Shown one piece after another: positions 1 through 8,640 of a stretch of DNA of 64,000 nucleotides. The notes beneath the pieces were generated by a model that saw only the letters and a list, made by a program, of their open reading frames with translations, was not told where the DNA came from and did no database searches. The stretch comes from Selenomonadaceae bacterium (GTDB lineage Bacteria; Bacillota; Negativicutes; Selenomonadales; Selenomonadaceae), in NCBI GenBank assembly GCA_017527075.1, contig JAFXQM010000009.1:45419-109418 (forward strand). The letters are read 5' to 3'. The position numbers were made by a program, and so were the translations under genes. Each line of letters begins with the position of its first letter. The first letter of the stretch is position 1.

Positions 1-360
1 GAAATTTTCTTTAGTCAATTCGTTGAGCAAAACTCGACAATGCGACAGCGGATTGACGCCGAAGAGTTCGCAAAATTGTCGCGCCATGAATTCGCCCCGG
101 GCGTCGGGATTCGTCGCGATAAAAATTCTTCGCGCGTTCAAAGTCTCGCGCCTGAGTTTATCGAGCAATTTTCCTTTGCCGCGCACCGTGATGTAATCGG
201 GCTGATAATTTTCGTCGACGCCGATTCGGCTCTTGGGCAAATCTCTCAAGAAGCCGTCGGTTGAAGCAACCGAGTAATTTCGTCCGATAAATTTTTTCAG
301 CGTCCGAGCTTTGCCCGCGCTCTCGACGAGTATCAGCGACTTCAAAACTTTTTCTGCCAA
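1..360 (-). CDS. topA: DNA topoisomerase I, N-terminal (Toprim) part; the gene runs off the window
   Basis: My translation of the minus strand from TTG at 360 gives MAEKVLKSLILVESAGKARTLKKFIGRNYSVASTDGFLRDLPKSRIGVDENYQPDYITVRGKGKLL. This fits the usual TopA start pattern (LVIVES..KA.T....G..Y.V.AS.GH.RDLP). It lies immediately downstream of dprA. It is absent from the ORF track because it is truncated and TTG-initiated. Confidence 0.7.
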   Translation of the reverse strand, partial: MAEKVLKSLILVESAGKARTLKKFIGRNYSVASTDGFLRDLPKSRIGVDENYQPDYITVRGKGKLLDKLRRETLNARRIFIATNPDARGEFMARQFCELFGVNPLSHCRVLLNELTKENF

Positions 361-364
361 AAGT

Positions 365-1459
365 TTAACCTCCAATCTTTCTTTTATATCGTCCCGCGTC
401 TTCGGTGACGCAGCCTTTCATTTCAAGTTCAAGCATTATGCTCGGCAATTCATACGGCGCAACCTCGTCGACCTTAATCAAAATTTCGTCGTCGGTGATG
501 AACTTGTCGAAGGGAATCGCGTCCAAAACTTTGCCCGCCACGCCCTCCAAGACGATTTGCTTTTTCGGCTCGGCGGGTTTAATTTTTTCTCCGACTTCAA
601 TGCCGTATTCGTCGAGAACATCCTGCGCGCTTTTAATCAGCGTCGCGCCGTCGCGAATCAGTTCGTTGCAGCCCTCGCTCCTCTCGGCGTAAATTTCACC
701 GGGGATTGCGAAGACGTCTCGCCCATATTCGCCGGCGTAAGTGCTCGTGATGAGCGCGCCGCTCTTCTTGCCCGCCTCCACGACGATGACCCCTCGGCAG
801 AGCCCCGCGATAATTCTGTTGCGCGTCGGGAAAGTTCCTGCGTTCGGGTGAAGTTGCGGAGGAAATTCGCTGAGGACGACGCCGCGTTCGGTCATTTGCT
901 CGAAAAAATTTTTCTTGCCGCTGCGAAACGCAAGTTCAATTCCGCAACCCAAAACTGCAACGGTTCGTCCCGTCTTGAGTGCTCCGCGGTGTGCGAAGGT
1001 ATCAATGCCGCGCGCCGCCCCGCTGACGACCGTCAAGCCCGCCGCCGCCAGTTGCTCGCCGAGTTCCAGCGCGACGCTCTGACCGTATTGAGTGTTCTCG
1101 CGTGAGCCGACGATTCCAATCCTCTGCGCCGGCGGCTCCAACTTTCCGCGATAATAAAAAAACATCGGAGGCGCGTCAATCTCTTTGAGCAGCGGCGGAT
1201 AATCTTCGTCGGAGAACGAACAGATTTTGAATTCGTGCCGCTCGCAGTATCTGACGAGTTTTTCGGGCGCGTTGGGGTGTTTGCCGCGGAAGGCAACGAA
1301 TGCGTCGAGAGCCTTGGGCAGGATGCCGGCGTGAATCAAATCGTCAATGTCCGCCGACCACGCCGCCTGGGCACTGCCGCAAAACTCCACGAGCTTTTTG
1401 ATACTCCTGTTGCCGAATCCTTCCGCGCCGCCCATCGCCGCCAAGTAATACCTTTCCAC
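365..1459 (-). CDS. dprA: DNA-processing protein DprA (Smf)
   Basis: ORF 365..1585 contains the DprA Rossmann-like core (IGIVGSRENTQYG, VVSGAARGIDTFAHRGAL, TVAVLGCGI). The 5' part of the ORF overlaps the divergent gene. GTG at 1459 is preceded by GGGAGG about 9 nt upstream, so I place the start there. Confidence 0.8.
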   Translation of the reverse strand: MERYYLAAMGGAEGFGNRSIKKLVEFCGSAQAAWSADIDDLIHAGILPKALDAFVAFRGKHPNAPEKLVRYCERHEFKICSFSDEDYPPLLKEIDAPPMFFYYRGKLEPPAQRIGIVGSRENTQYGQSVALELGEQLAAAGLTVVSGAARGIDTFAHRGALKTGRTVAVLGCGIELAFRSGKKNFFEQMTERGVVLSEFPPQLHPNAGTFPTRNRIIAGLCRGVIVVEAGKKSGALITSTYAGEYGRDVFAIPGEIYAERSEGCNELIRDGATLIKSAQDVLDEYGIEVGEKIKPAEPKKQIVLEGVAGKVLDAIPFDKFITDDEILIKVDEVAPYELPSIMLELEMKGCVTEDAGRYKRKIGG

Positions 1460-1583
1460 GACCGCTTGCCTCCCGCGCCGTATAATACCACAAAATTTTT
1501 CCCGTGCAAATTTTTCGCCGCAAGTGACAAAAAATTTTCCGCGTGATATACTTCGCCGCAACAAAAAAATTTCGGGTGAACTC

Positions 1584-2744
1584 ATGGAAAAAAAATATTT
1601 TTATTTTCAGCCGCAGTACGTGAGCAGATTTAAATGCGACGGCTCCAAGTGCGACGCTCACTGCTGCAAGGAAGAATGGAACATTGCCGTCGACGAAGAC
1701 ACGCGCAAGCAGTACGAACGGCTCGGCGCGGCGGTCACGGCGCATTTAAAATTTCATGACGACAAAGGGCAATACCTCCTCGACTTCGGCGGAGAAAAAT
1801 ATTGTCCGTTCCTCAACGAAAAAAAATTGTGCCGGCTCCAGCTCAAGCACGGCGAAAGTTTTTTGTCACGGACATGCGCGACTTATCCGCGAATCACAAA
1901 TCTTTTCGGATATTTTCTTGAGCGGTCGCTGATTCTGAGCTGCCCCGTGGTGGCGGAGATGATTCTGTTCGAGGACGCGCCGATGACTTTTGAATTCGTC
2001 GAGGTGCCTGAGGAAATTCATTCGCACGGCGGAAAAATTTTTCTTCAGCGGACGGAGTCGACGGAAGAACTTCGCGCACACATCATTGAGATTCAAGCCG
2101 CGATGATTTCAATCTTGCAGGAGCGCACGCTGACGCTTGACCAAAGATTAATCGTGCTGGGTTTTTTCGTCGACAGGCTCGGAGAAATTTTTTCGGACTT
2201 CGACGCGGACGCGCTGACAAAATTAATCGCGGCTTACGAATCGAAAAAATTTTTGGCGGAGCAAGTGCCGCGCATGCTTCGGGCTGTGACCTTCGACGCG
2301 GAAAAATTCTTCGGGCTCATGCGCAGACTGATGGACGAAGTTTTCGGCGCGGATACCATGCTCAAGAACAAAAAATTTTTGGACACGGTAATCGTCGACG
2401 CGCCGCTCATCTCCGAGAAAAAATTTTTCGTCGCCGAGCGCGCCGGCTTCTTTGAAAATTATCTCGTCAACGAACTTTTCCTGAACATTTACCCGTGGAA
2501 ATTCGAGGACGGAAACATTGCGCAAAATTTTTCCGCGTTCGTGACCGAGTACAAATTTTTCGAGCTGATAACTTTTTCCGCGGCGCGCAAAGGTTTCGGC
2601 AGCCGCAAAGATTTGATTGAGGTGACGAACTGGTTCACGACGCGCTTCGACCACACGAAAGAACTCAAGCGGAAAATTTTTACGTTGGTCAAGGACGCCG
2701 AGCCGTTTGAATTGATGAACAGTTTGCTGGAGGGGAGCGACTGA
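1584..2744 (+). CDS. Cys-rich FliB/YkgJ-like protein (flagellin lysine-N-methylase family-like)
   Basis: The N-terminus MEKKYFYFQPQYVSRFKCDGSKCDAHCCKEEWNIAVDE carries the C-x5-C-x3-CC signature as I recall it for the FliB lysine-N-methylase family. The ATG at 1584 is internal to ORF 1524..2744. Confidence 0.5.
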   Translation: MEKKYFYFQPQYVSRFKCDGSKCDAHCCKEEWNIAVDEDTRKQYERLGAAVTAHLKFHDDKGQYLLDFGGEKYCPFLNEKKLCRLQLKHGESFLSRTCATYPRITNLFGYFLERSLILSCPVVAEMILFEDAPMTFEFVEVPEEIHSHGGKIFLQRTESTEELRAHIIEIQAAMISILQERTLTLDQRLIVLGFFVDRLGEIFSDFDADALTKLIAAYESKKFLAEQVPRMLRAVTFDAEKFFGLMRRLMDEVFGADTMLKNKKFLDTVIVDAPLISEKKFFVAERAGFFENYLVNELFLNIYPWKFEDGNIAQNFSAFVTEYKFFELITFSAARKGFGSRKDLIEVTNWFTTRFDHTKELKRKIFTLVKDAEPFELMNSLLEGSD

Positions 2745-2748
2745 AATT

Positions 2749-2985
2749 ATGACGCCTGAGCTTTTGGCGCGCATGGATGAATTGGCGCGCAAGGAACGAG
2801 CGGGCGGCTTGACGCAAGAGGAACTCGCCGAGCAGAAGGAGCTTCAAAAAATTTATCTGGCGGCGGCGCGCGAGAAGGCAGCGAACAGATTTTCGGCGCG
2901 CAAAAAAAATTTCAAGCAGAAAATTTCTTCACTCGTCGGAGAGGCGGACGAGCCAATCGAATTCTTGCTGGAGGGGAGCGATTAA
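2749..2985 (+). CDS. DUF896 (UPF0291)-family small protein, copy 1 with a divergent C-terminus
   Basis: MTPELLARMDELARKERAGGLTQEELAEQKELQKIYL is paralogous to the next ORF. The last codons, LLEGSD-stop, repeat the end of the upstream gene. Confidence 0.6.
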   Translation: MTPELLARMDELARKERAGGLTQEELAEQKELQKIYLAAAREKAANRFSARKKNFKQKISSLVGEADEPIEFLLEGSD

Positions 2986-2986
2986 A

Positions 2987-3172
2987 ATGATAACGCCCGA
3001 ACTTTTGGCGCGGATAAATGAGCTGGCGCGGAAGAAACGCACGGTCGGTTTGACGCAAGAGGAACTCGCCGAGCAGAAGGAGCTTTACAAAATTTATCTG
3101 GCGGCGATACGCGGGCAAGTGACGAGCCTGCTGGAGAGCATTGAAATTGTTGACGTGGAGGTAAAGAAATGA
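2987..3172 (+). CDS. DUF896 (UPF0291)-family small protein, copy 2
   Basis: MITPELLARINELARKKRTVGLTQEELAEQKELYKIYLAAIRGQV shows the typical DUF896 helical motif. Confidence 0.7.
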   Translation: MITPELLARINELARKKRTVGLTQEELAEQKELYKIYLAAIRGQVTSLLESIEIVDVEVKK

Positions 3173-3954
3173 GCAAGGTCGGATTCATCGGCGGCGGCGC
3201 GTTGGCGGAGTCAATCGTTCGCGGCATCTGCGGAAAAGTTTTTGCGCCGAGTGAAATTTTTGTCAGCGAGATTCGTCCCGCCCGCTGCGAAGAACTTTCC
3301 GCGCGATACGGAGTGAACGCCTCGACGGACGCAAATTTTCTTGACGCGATTGACTTGCTGATTGTCGCGGTCAAACCAAAAGACGCCGAGAAAACTTTTG
3401 CCGCGCTGCAAAATAAAATTCCCGCGTCGACGATTATCACGTACACGGTCGCGGGCTTGAAGTTGGCGGCTGTCGAAAAATTTTTCCCCGAACACAAAAT
3501 CGTGCGAATCATGCCGAACGTCGCGGTTTCGGTCGGCGAGAGCATGACGGCTTACACGCTGAACAAAAACGCCGCGCAGGTCGGCGACACGATAAAAAAT
3601 TTTTGGTCGGCACTCGGTCGCGCGGTTGAGGTCGAAGAAAAATTGATGGACGCGGTTACGGGCTTGAGCGGTTCGGGTCCGGCTTACGCGTTCCTGATGA
3701 TTGACGCGCTCGGCGACGGCGGAGTTGCGGCGGGTTTGTCGCGGGCGCAGGCGATTGAACTGGCGGCGCAAACACTCCTCGGCGCGGCGAAGATGGTTTT
3801 GGATTCGGGCGAGCACCCCGACGTTTTGCGCGACAAAGTTACGAGCCCCGCCGGCACCACGATTGAAGGCGTCAGAGTTTTGGAGCGCGCGGGATTCAGG
3901 AGCGCGTTGATTGAGGCAGTCCTGGCCGCCACGGAGAAATCCAAATCGCTTTGA
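3169..3954 (+). CDS. proC: pyrroline-5-carboxylate reductase
   Basis: VGFIGGGALAESI (NADP-binding fold), IVRIMPN, and SGSGPAYAFLMIDALGDGGV...VTSPAGTTIEG are classic ProC motifs. Confidence 0.9.
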   Translation: MSKVGFIGGGALAESIVRGICGKVFAPSEIFVSEIRPARCEELSARYGVNASTDANFLDAIDLLIVAVKPKDAEKTFAALQNKIPASTIITYTVAGLKLAAVEKFFPEHKIVRIMPNVAVSVGESMTAYTLNKNAAQVGDTIKNFWSALGRAVEVEEKLMDAVTGLSGSGPAYAFLMIDALGDGGVAAGLSRAQAIELAAQTLLGAAKMVLDSGEHPDVLRDKVTSPAGTTIEGVRVLERAGFRSALIEAVLAATEKSKSL

Positions 3955-3986
3955 AAATTTCTGACTCGACTGAAGGGAGATTTTTC

Positions 3987-4352
3987 ATGAACATATTCAA
4001 AGAAATTTTTACGACGGAGGGACGGCTCAATCGCAAAAAATTTTTCATGTATTACCTCGCGGTGACGATAATGGGAGCGACGGCGACGTTTGTGACCTCG
4101 TGCATGGCGACTCTTCTCACGGGCGACCCGAACGGCTCATTGGTCAAGATGATAACGGTGACGTGGGCGGTGCTGGCGACGGCGGGTGCTTGCATGCTCA
4201 TGGCGCGCCGCCTCCACGACCTGAACAAGAACGGCGGACTCTTTTTGGTCAGTTTCATTCCCGTCGTCGGGTTAATTTTCATGGCGTATCTTTTCTTCGC
4301 TGAGGGCACGGCGGGTTGGAACGATTACGGCAAAGACCCGCTGGCGCAATAA
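3987..4352 (+). CDS. DUF805 inner-membrane protein
   Basis: The GRLNRKKFF motif is followed by TM helices and RRLHDLNKNG. ATG at 3987 follows an AAGGGAG RBS, whereas the track start at 3951 is a TTG. Confidence 0.7.
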   Translation: MNIFKEIFTTEGRLNRKKFFMYYLAVTIMGATATFVTSCMATLLTGDPNGSLVKMITVTWAVLATAGACMLMARRLHDLNKNGGLFLVSFIPVVGLIFMAYLFFAEGTAGWNDYGKDPLAQ

Positions 4353-4374
4353 AAACTTTGGAGGAAAATTTTTC

Positions 4375-4743
4375 ATGGAGCTTTTGCAAAAAATTTACAC
4401 GACTCAAGGGCGGCTCAATCGTCTGCGCTTTTGGAAGTATTACGTGACTTGGCTGCTGATTTCCACGGTGATTGCTTTTGTTCTCGGATTCTTCCTCGGA
4501 TTTTTGACGATTGACCCGAAAAGTTTTTTGGTGACGGTGCCCGTGGGCATTTGGTCGTTCGTGGCGGGCGTCGGCACAATCATGATTAACATCCGCCGCC
4601 TGCATGATTTGGACAAGAGCGGCTGGTGGTTGCTGCTTGCGTTCGTTCCCATCGTCAATTTTATTTTCATGCTGTATGTTTGGCTCATGCCGGGCACGGT
4701 CGGTTGGAACAGATACGGAGCTGACCCGCTGCAAGATTATTAA
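4375..4743 (+). CDS. DUF805 inner-membrane protein (tandem paralog)
   Basis: QGRLNRLRFWKYY ... RRLHDLDKSGWW, with a GGAGG RBS upstream. Confidence 0.75.
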   Translation: MELLQKIYTTQGRLNRLRFWKYYVTWLLISTVIAFVLGFFLGFLTIDPKSFLVTVPVGIWSFVAGVGTIMINIRRLHDLDKSGWWLLLAFVPIVNFIFMLYVWLMPGTVGWNRYGADPLQDY

Positions 4744-4866
4744 TTTCTTCGCGCGCGCCGTGAAAAATTTTAACGCTGCTGCCGTGATTGAAGGATAAAA
4801 ATTTTTCGCGGCGAAATTTCTTTGAACAAAAATTTCATTACGCGTTGCAATTTGGAGGCGGATTTA

Positions 4867-5826
4867 ATGGCGAAAGATAAAGTGCGCAAAGGAGCCGAAA
4901 CCCTCGGCGACATGAAAGGCATTTTGCTTGAGACGGGCACGAACGAATTTGAAATTGTTGAGTTCAGCATCGGCGGCGTGAATTACGGGATAAACGTCGC
5001 CAAGGTTCGCGAGGTCATTCAGCGCACGCCCGTCACCGCAATGCCTCAGGCGCACCCCTACATCGACGGGCTGTTCACCCTGCGCGGCAAGGCAATTCCG
5101 CTCGTAAATCTTCCGCGTTGCTTGAACGTGACCAACGGCGACGAAGCCAAAAACATTATCGTCACGGAGATTAACAATTACGATATCGGGTTCCTCGTGG
5201 AGAACGTCTCGCGCATTCACAGAATTTCTTGGAAGGACATGGAGCCTTCGCCCGAAGTCGGAGACCAGAGCCGCGTCGTCGGCATTGTAAAAATGCCAAA
5301 CCGAATCGTCCTGCTCTTGGACTTTGAAACGATAATCGCGGAGATTAATCCCGAAATCAACGCGAAGCTGACGACGGTGGCGGACGCGACTGCCGACGTG
5401 CGCGCGATTCGTGCCGACGCTCATGTGGTCGTGGCGGAGGATTCGCCCATGCTGCGTGACTTGCTCGTTTCCACGCTGCATGATTCGGGCTACCGTTTCG
5501 TTCGCGACTTCGGCAACGGTCAAGACGCTTGGGAATATTTGCAGGGGCTGGCCGCGAAGGACGGAGACATTTCAAATCATCTGAGCATTATCGTTTCGGA
5601 TGTCGAAATGCCCAAGATGGACGGTCACAGACTTTTGAAACTCGTGCGCCACAACGACCGCTTGCGCAACGTGCCGTTCGTGCTGTTCTCGTCGCTCATC
5701 AGTGACGAAATGCGAATCAAGGGCGAGGAGCTCGGCGCGAGTGCTCAAATTTCCAAACCGGAAATCGGTCAGCTCATCGACCTGCTCGACAAATTTATCT
5801 TCGGCAGAAGACCGACAGGCGTTTGA
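4867..5826 (+). CDS. cheV: chemotaxis coupling protein CheV (CheW domain fused to a receiver domain)
   Basis: An N-terminal CheW-like region (EFEIVEFSIGGVNYGINVAKVREV) is followed by a REC domain (VVVAEDSPMLR...IIVSDVEMPKMDG). ATG at 4867 follows GGAGG. Confidence 0.8.
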   Translation: MAKDKVRKGAETLGDMKGILLETGTNEFEIVEFSIGGVNYGINVAKVREVIQRTPVTAMPQAHPYIDGLFTLRGKAIPLVNLPRCLNVTNGDEAKNIIVTEINNYDIGFLVENVSRIHRISWKDMEPSPEVGDQSRVVGIVKMPNRIVLLLDFETIIAEINPEINAKLTTVADATADVRAIRADAHVVVAEDSPMLRDLLVSTLHDSGYRFVRDFGNGQDAWEYLQGLAAKDGDISNHLSIIVSDVEMPKMDGHRLLKLVRHNDRLRNVPFVLFSSLISDEMRIKGEELGASAQISKPEIGQLIDLLDKFIFGRRPTGV

Positions 5827-5835
5827 AAAATTTTC

Positions 5836-5866
5836 AGCCCGCGCAACTTTTGGCGGGCTTTTTGTT
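5836..5866 (+). terminator. rho-independent terminator after cheV
   Basis: The stem is GCCCGC (5837-5842) / GCGGGC (5853-5858), followed by TTTTTG. Confidence 0.6.
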
Positions 5867-5890
5867 TGTTCAGAGAGGAGAAAAAATTTT

Positions 5891-6262
5891 ATGAGAAGTA
5901 TTCAAACGGAAAAGGCACCGGCGGCAGTCGGTCCGTACAGCCAGGCGATTAAAGTCAACGGGTTGCTTTACACGTCGGGGCAAATCGCAATCGACCCGGC
6001 CGTCGGAAAAATCGTCGCCACGACAATCGAAGGGCAAGCCGAGCAGTGTTGCAAAAATTTGGCGGCGATATTGGAGGCGGCGGGTTACGACTTCAGCGAA
6101 GTTTTCAAGACGACGTGCTTCCTGGCGGACATCGCCGACTTCAAAGCATTCAACGCGGTTTACGAAAAATATTTCGTCAGCAAACCCGCGCGCAGTTGCG
6201 TGGCCGTCAAAGAGTTGCCGCTGGGTGCTCTGTGCGAAATTGAATTGATTGCGGCGAAATGA
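5891..6262 (+). CDS. ridA: RidA/YjgF-family reactive-intermediate deaminase
   Basis: MRSIQTEKAPAAVGPYSQAIKVNGLLYTSGQIAIDP ... ARSCVAVKELPLGALCEIE is the canonical RidA sequence pattern. An RBS GAGAGGAG lies upstream. Confidence 0.9.
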   Translation: MRSIQTEKAPAAVGPYSQAIKVNGLLYTSGQIAIDPAVGKIVATTIEGQAEQCCKNLAAILEAAGYDFSEVFKTTCFLADIADFKAFNAVYEKYFVSKPARSCVAVKELPLGALCEIELIAAK

Positions 6263-7089
6263 TTCGGGCGGAGGATTTGCGTTACGTTTACAAGAGCGCG
6301 GCGGGCGATAAGGTTGCACTCGACGGTTTGAACTTCACGATTGACGACGGCGAGTTCGTCGCGATAATCGGCACGAACGGTTCGGGCAAATCGACGCTCG
6401 CCAAACATTTCAACGCCCTGCTCCTTCCGACGGGCGGAAAAATTTTCGTCGACGGCTTGGACACCGCACGCGAAGAAAATCTTTGGCGCGTCCGAGAAAA
6501 TGTCGGCATGGTTTTTCAAAATCCCGACAGCGAAATTGTCGCGGCGATTGTCGAGGACGACGTTGCGTTCGGCTTGGAGAATTTGGGCATCGCGCCCGAA
6601 AAAATTCGTGAGCGCGTGGACTTGGCACTCGACGCCGTGAACATGAGCGATTATAAAAAATTCGCGCCGAGCAAACTCAGCGGCGGGCAGAAGCAACGAA
6701 TCGCAATCGCGGGCGTCATCGCCATGCAAACAAAAATTATTGTCTTCGACGAACCGACAGCCATGCTCGACCCGCAAGGGCGTCGCGAAATTTTGGAGAT
6801 GGTCAAACGGCTCCACGCGCAGGGCAAGACGATAATTTACATCACGCACTTCATGGAGGAGGCGGCCGCCGCACAGAGAATTTTTTTGATGGAAGGCGGG
6901 CGAATCATCAGAGACGGGACGCCGCGAGAAATTTTTACCGACGCAAAGGAAATGAAACGCCTCGGCTTCAACTTACCCGTCGCCACGGAACTCGCCGAAC
7001 GTTTGCGCAAAAAAAAATTCAAGCTCCCGCAAAAAATTTTGACGGCCGAAGAACTCGCCGCCGCCCTGAAAAATTTTCTGACGGCGTAA
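6259..7089 (+). CDS. ecfA: energy-coupling-factor (ECF) transporter ATPase, CbiO/EcfA family
   Basis: Walker A GTNGSGKST, signature LSGGQKQRIAIAG and Walker B IIVFDEPTAMLD are present. The start overlaps the ridA stop (ATGA). Confidence 0.85.
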   Translation: MIRAEDLRYVYKSAAGDKVALDGLNFTIDDGEFVAIIGTNGSGKSTLAKHFNALLLPTGGKIFVDGLDTAREENLWRVRENVGMVFQNPDSEIVAAIVEDDVAFGLENLGIAPEKIRERVDLALDAVNMSDYKKFAPSKLSGGQKQRIAIAGVIAMQTKIIVFDEPTAMLDPQGRREILEMVKRLHAQGKTIIYITHFMEEAAAAQRIFLMEGGRIIRDGTPREIFTDAKEMKRLGFNLPVATELAERLRKKKFKLPQKILTAEELAAALKNFLTA

Positions 7090-7117
7090 AAAAAAATGAG
7101 GCCGTTTCGTTTAGCTG

Positions 7118-7176
7118 GTAGCTGGTAGAAAAATCCTTAAAGCTAAAAGCTGACACCTGACAGCTAAATTTTTTTG
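7118..7176 (+). terminator. long imperfect hairpin built from ~7-nt units, followed by a T-run; probable ecfA terminator
   Basis: TAGCTGGTAGCTGGTAG ... CTGACACCTGACAGCTA pair with periodic mismatches and are followed by AAATTTTTTTGG. Confidence 0.45.
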
Positions 7177-7210
7177 GCACGCAAAAGAAAAGTTGATGAA
7201 CAACGCGAAA

Positions 7211-7233
7211 GGCGGAAGCTGTGAGCTTCCGCC
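7211..7233 (-). terminator. hairpin terminator downstream of tRNA-Ala and the rps operon
   Basis: GGCGGAAGC-TGTG-AGCTTCCGCC is a near-perfect stem. The minus strand continues with TTTCG. Confidence 0.5.
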
Positions 7234-7249
7234 TTGAAATTTTCTGTAT

Positions 7250-7325
7250 TGGTGGAGACGGAGGGATTCGAACCCTTGACCCCCAGATTGCGAACCTGAT
7301 GCTCTCCCAGCTGAGCTACGTCCCC
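7250..7325 (-). tRNA. tRNA-Ala (anticodon CGC), CCA encoded
   Basis: The reverse complement is GGGGACGTAGCTCAGCTGGGAGAGCATCAGGTTCGCAATCTGGGGGTCAAGGGTTCGAATCCCTCCGTCTCCACCA. It folds as a cloverleaf with anticodon loop TTCGCAA, the G3:U70 Ala identity pair and a GGTTCGAATCC T-arm. Confidence 0.9.
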
Positions 7326-7376
7326 AAAACGCGGCTATCTTAAATCATTTGCCGCGCGTTGTCAAGAAAATTTTTT

Positions 7377-7613
7377 TTAGTCAGCCGTGAACGGCAAGAG
7401 TGCAATGTTGCGCGCGCGTTTGATGGCGATTGTCACCTGACGCTGATGTTTGGCACAGTTGCCCGAAATGCGTCGCGGCAAAATTTTTCCGCGCTCGGTG
7501 GTGAAGCGGCGAAGCTTGGCCGCGTCCTTGTAATCTATCTTTTCAACTTTATCGACGCAAAACGCGCAAACCTTTCTGCGCGGGCGCCGACCTCTTTCTC
7601 TGCGCATCTTCAA
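7377..7613 (-). CDS. rpsR: 30S ribosomal protein S18
   Basis: [57 protein letters not shown]. Confidence 0.95.
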   Translation of the reverse strand: MKMRRERGRRPRRKVCAFCVDKVEKIDYKDAAKLRRFTTERGKILPRRISGNCAKHQRQVTIAIKRARNIALLPFTAD

Positions 7614-7619
7614 TCCTCC

Positions 7620-8093
7620 TCAGAAGGGTGTGTCGTCCGGGTCAACGGGCTCGCCGCCGTCGAAGTCGTCGAAAGAATTTTTCTTGGGCGGAGCAGGCTG
7701 ACGTCTCGAATAGCTGTCACTCGGCTGCTCGGAATAGCCGCCGCTCGGTTGCTCGGAATAATTTCCGCCGTCGGTGTTCACGCGCTTGGAGTCGGCGAAC
7801 TCAATGTTGTCAATCATGATGTCAACAGCATTGACTTTGACACCGTCTTTGTTCTCGTAGCTCGAAGTTTGCAAACGTCCCTCGACAAGAACACGCGAAC
7901 CTTTCATGAAGTAGCGTCCGCAAAATTCGGCGGTCTTCTCCCAAGCAATAAGGTTAAAGAAATCGACGGCGTCTTTGTCTTTGCTGTAAGGGCGACGAAC
8001 TGCAATGCCCATGCGAGTGAACGCTTTGCCCGTTTGTGTGTAACGAACTTCGGGGTCGCGAGTCAAATTGCCGGAAAGAAAAACCTTATTCAT
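7620..8093 (-). CDS. ssb: single-stranded DNA-binding protein
   Basis: MNKVFLSGNLTRDPEVRYTQTGKAFTRMGIAV is an OB fold. There is a Gly/Ser/Gln-rich linker and the acidic tip DDTPF. Confidence 0.95.
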   Translation of the reverse strand: MNKVFLSGNLTRDPEVRYTQTGKAFTRMGIAVRRPYSKDKDAVDFFNLIAWEKTAEFCGRYFMKGSRVLVEGRLQTSSYENKDGVKVNAVDIMIDNIEFADSKRVNTDGGNYSEQPSGGYSEQPSDSYSRRQPAPPKKNSFDDFDGGEPVDPDDTPF

Positions 8094-8388
8094 CTTCAGC
8101 CTCTTTCTCGTCAGAACGAACGATCATGTGCTTGAGAATCTCGTCGGTGATTTTCATGACGCGGTCAACTTCGGCGACGCACGCGGGCTCGCACGTCACG
8201 TAAAACAGCACGTAGAAGCCCTCGGCCTCTTTTTTGATTTCGTAGGCGAGACGACGTTTGCCCCAGCGGTCTTCCTTGGTAATTGTGCCGCCGTTTGCCG
8301 CGATTAGTTTCGTGAACTTGTCGATGACCGCGACAGTCGCCTCCTCCTCCATGGAACGGATGATGAAGATAACTTCGTACTTCCTCAA
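8086..8388 (-). CDS. rpsF: 30S ribosomal protein S6
   Basis: (M)RKYEVIFIIRS...WGKRRLAYEIKK. The TTG at 8388 lies 8 nt after GGGAGG, whereas the track start at 8397 is a GTG butting against the RBS. Confidence 0.9.
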   Translation of the reverse strand: MRKYEVIFIIRSMEEEATVAVIDKFTKLIAANGGTITKEDRWGKRRLAYEIKKEAEGFYVLFYVTCEPACVAEVDRVMKITDEILKHMIVRSDEKEAEDE

Positions 8389-8470
8389 CTGAAACACCTC
8401 CCTTTGGTCTTCGGCTCGCTTTCGAACGAGCAGAGAGTTTTTGACTTAACAAGCGCGGATTATATCATTG

Positions 8471-8640
8471 AAAAAATTTTTAAGCAAGCCTCGCGGGAAA
8501 ATTTTTCGTTCAAAAGATTTTCGCCGCCGCGTCGGAGCCTCAACGCCGCAAAAAATTTTTAAGCAAGCCTCGCGGAAAAAATTTTCGTTCAAAAGATTTT
8601 CGCCGCCGCGTCGGAGTTTCAACGCCGCAAAAAATTTTTC
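8471..8640. repeat. 79-bp tandem repeat, about 2.15 copies
   Basis: The 8471-8549 and 8550-8628 units are near-identical (AAAAAATTTTTAAGCAAGCCTCGCGG...CAACGCCGC). A partial third unit spans 8629-8640. Confidence 0.85.

Noticed and set aside
40-264. ORF 40..264(+) and ORF 311..1105(+).
   Set aside because: They are antisense to topA and dprA respectively, both of which are supported by strong motifs.
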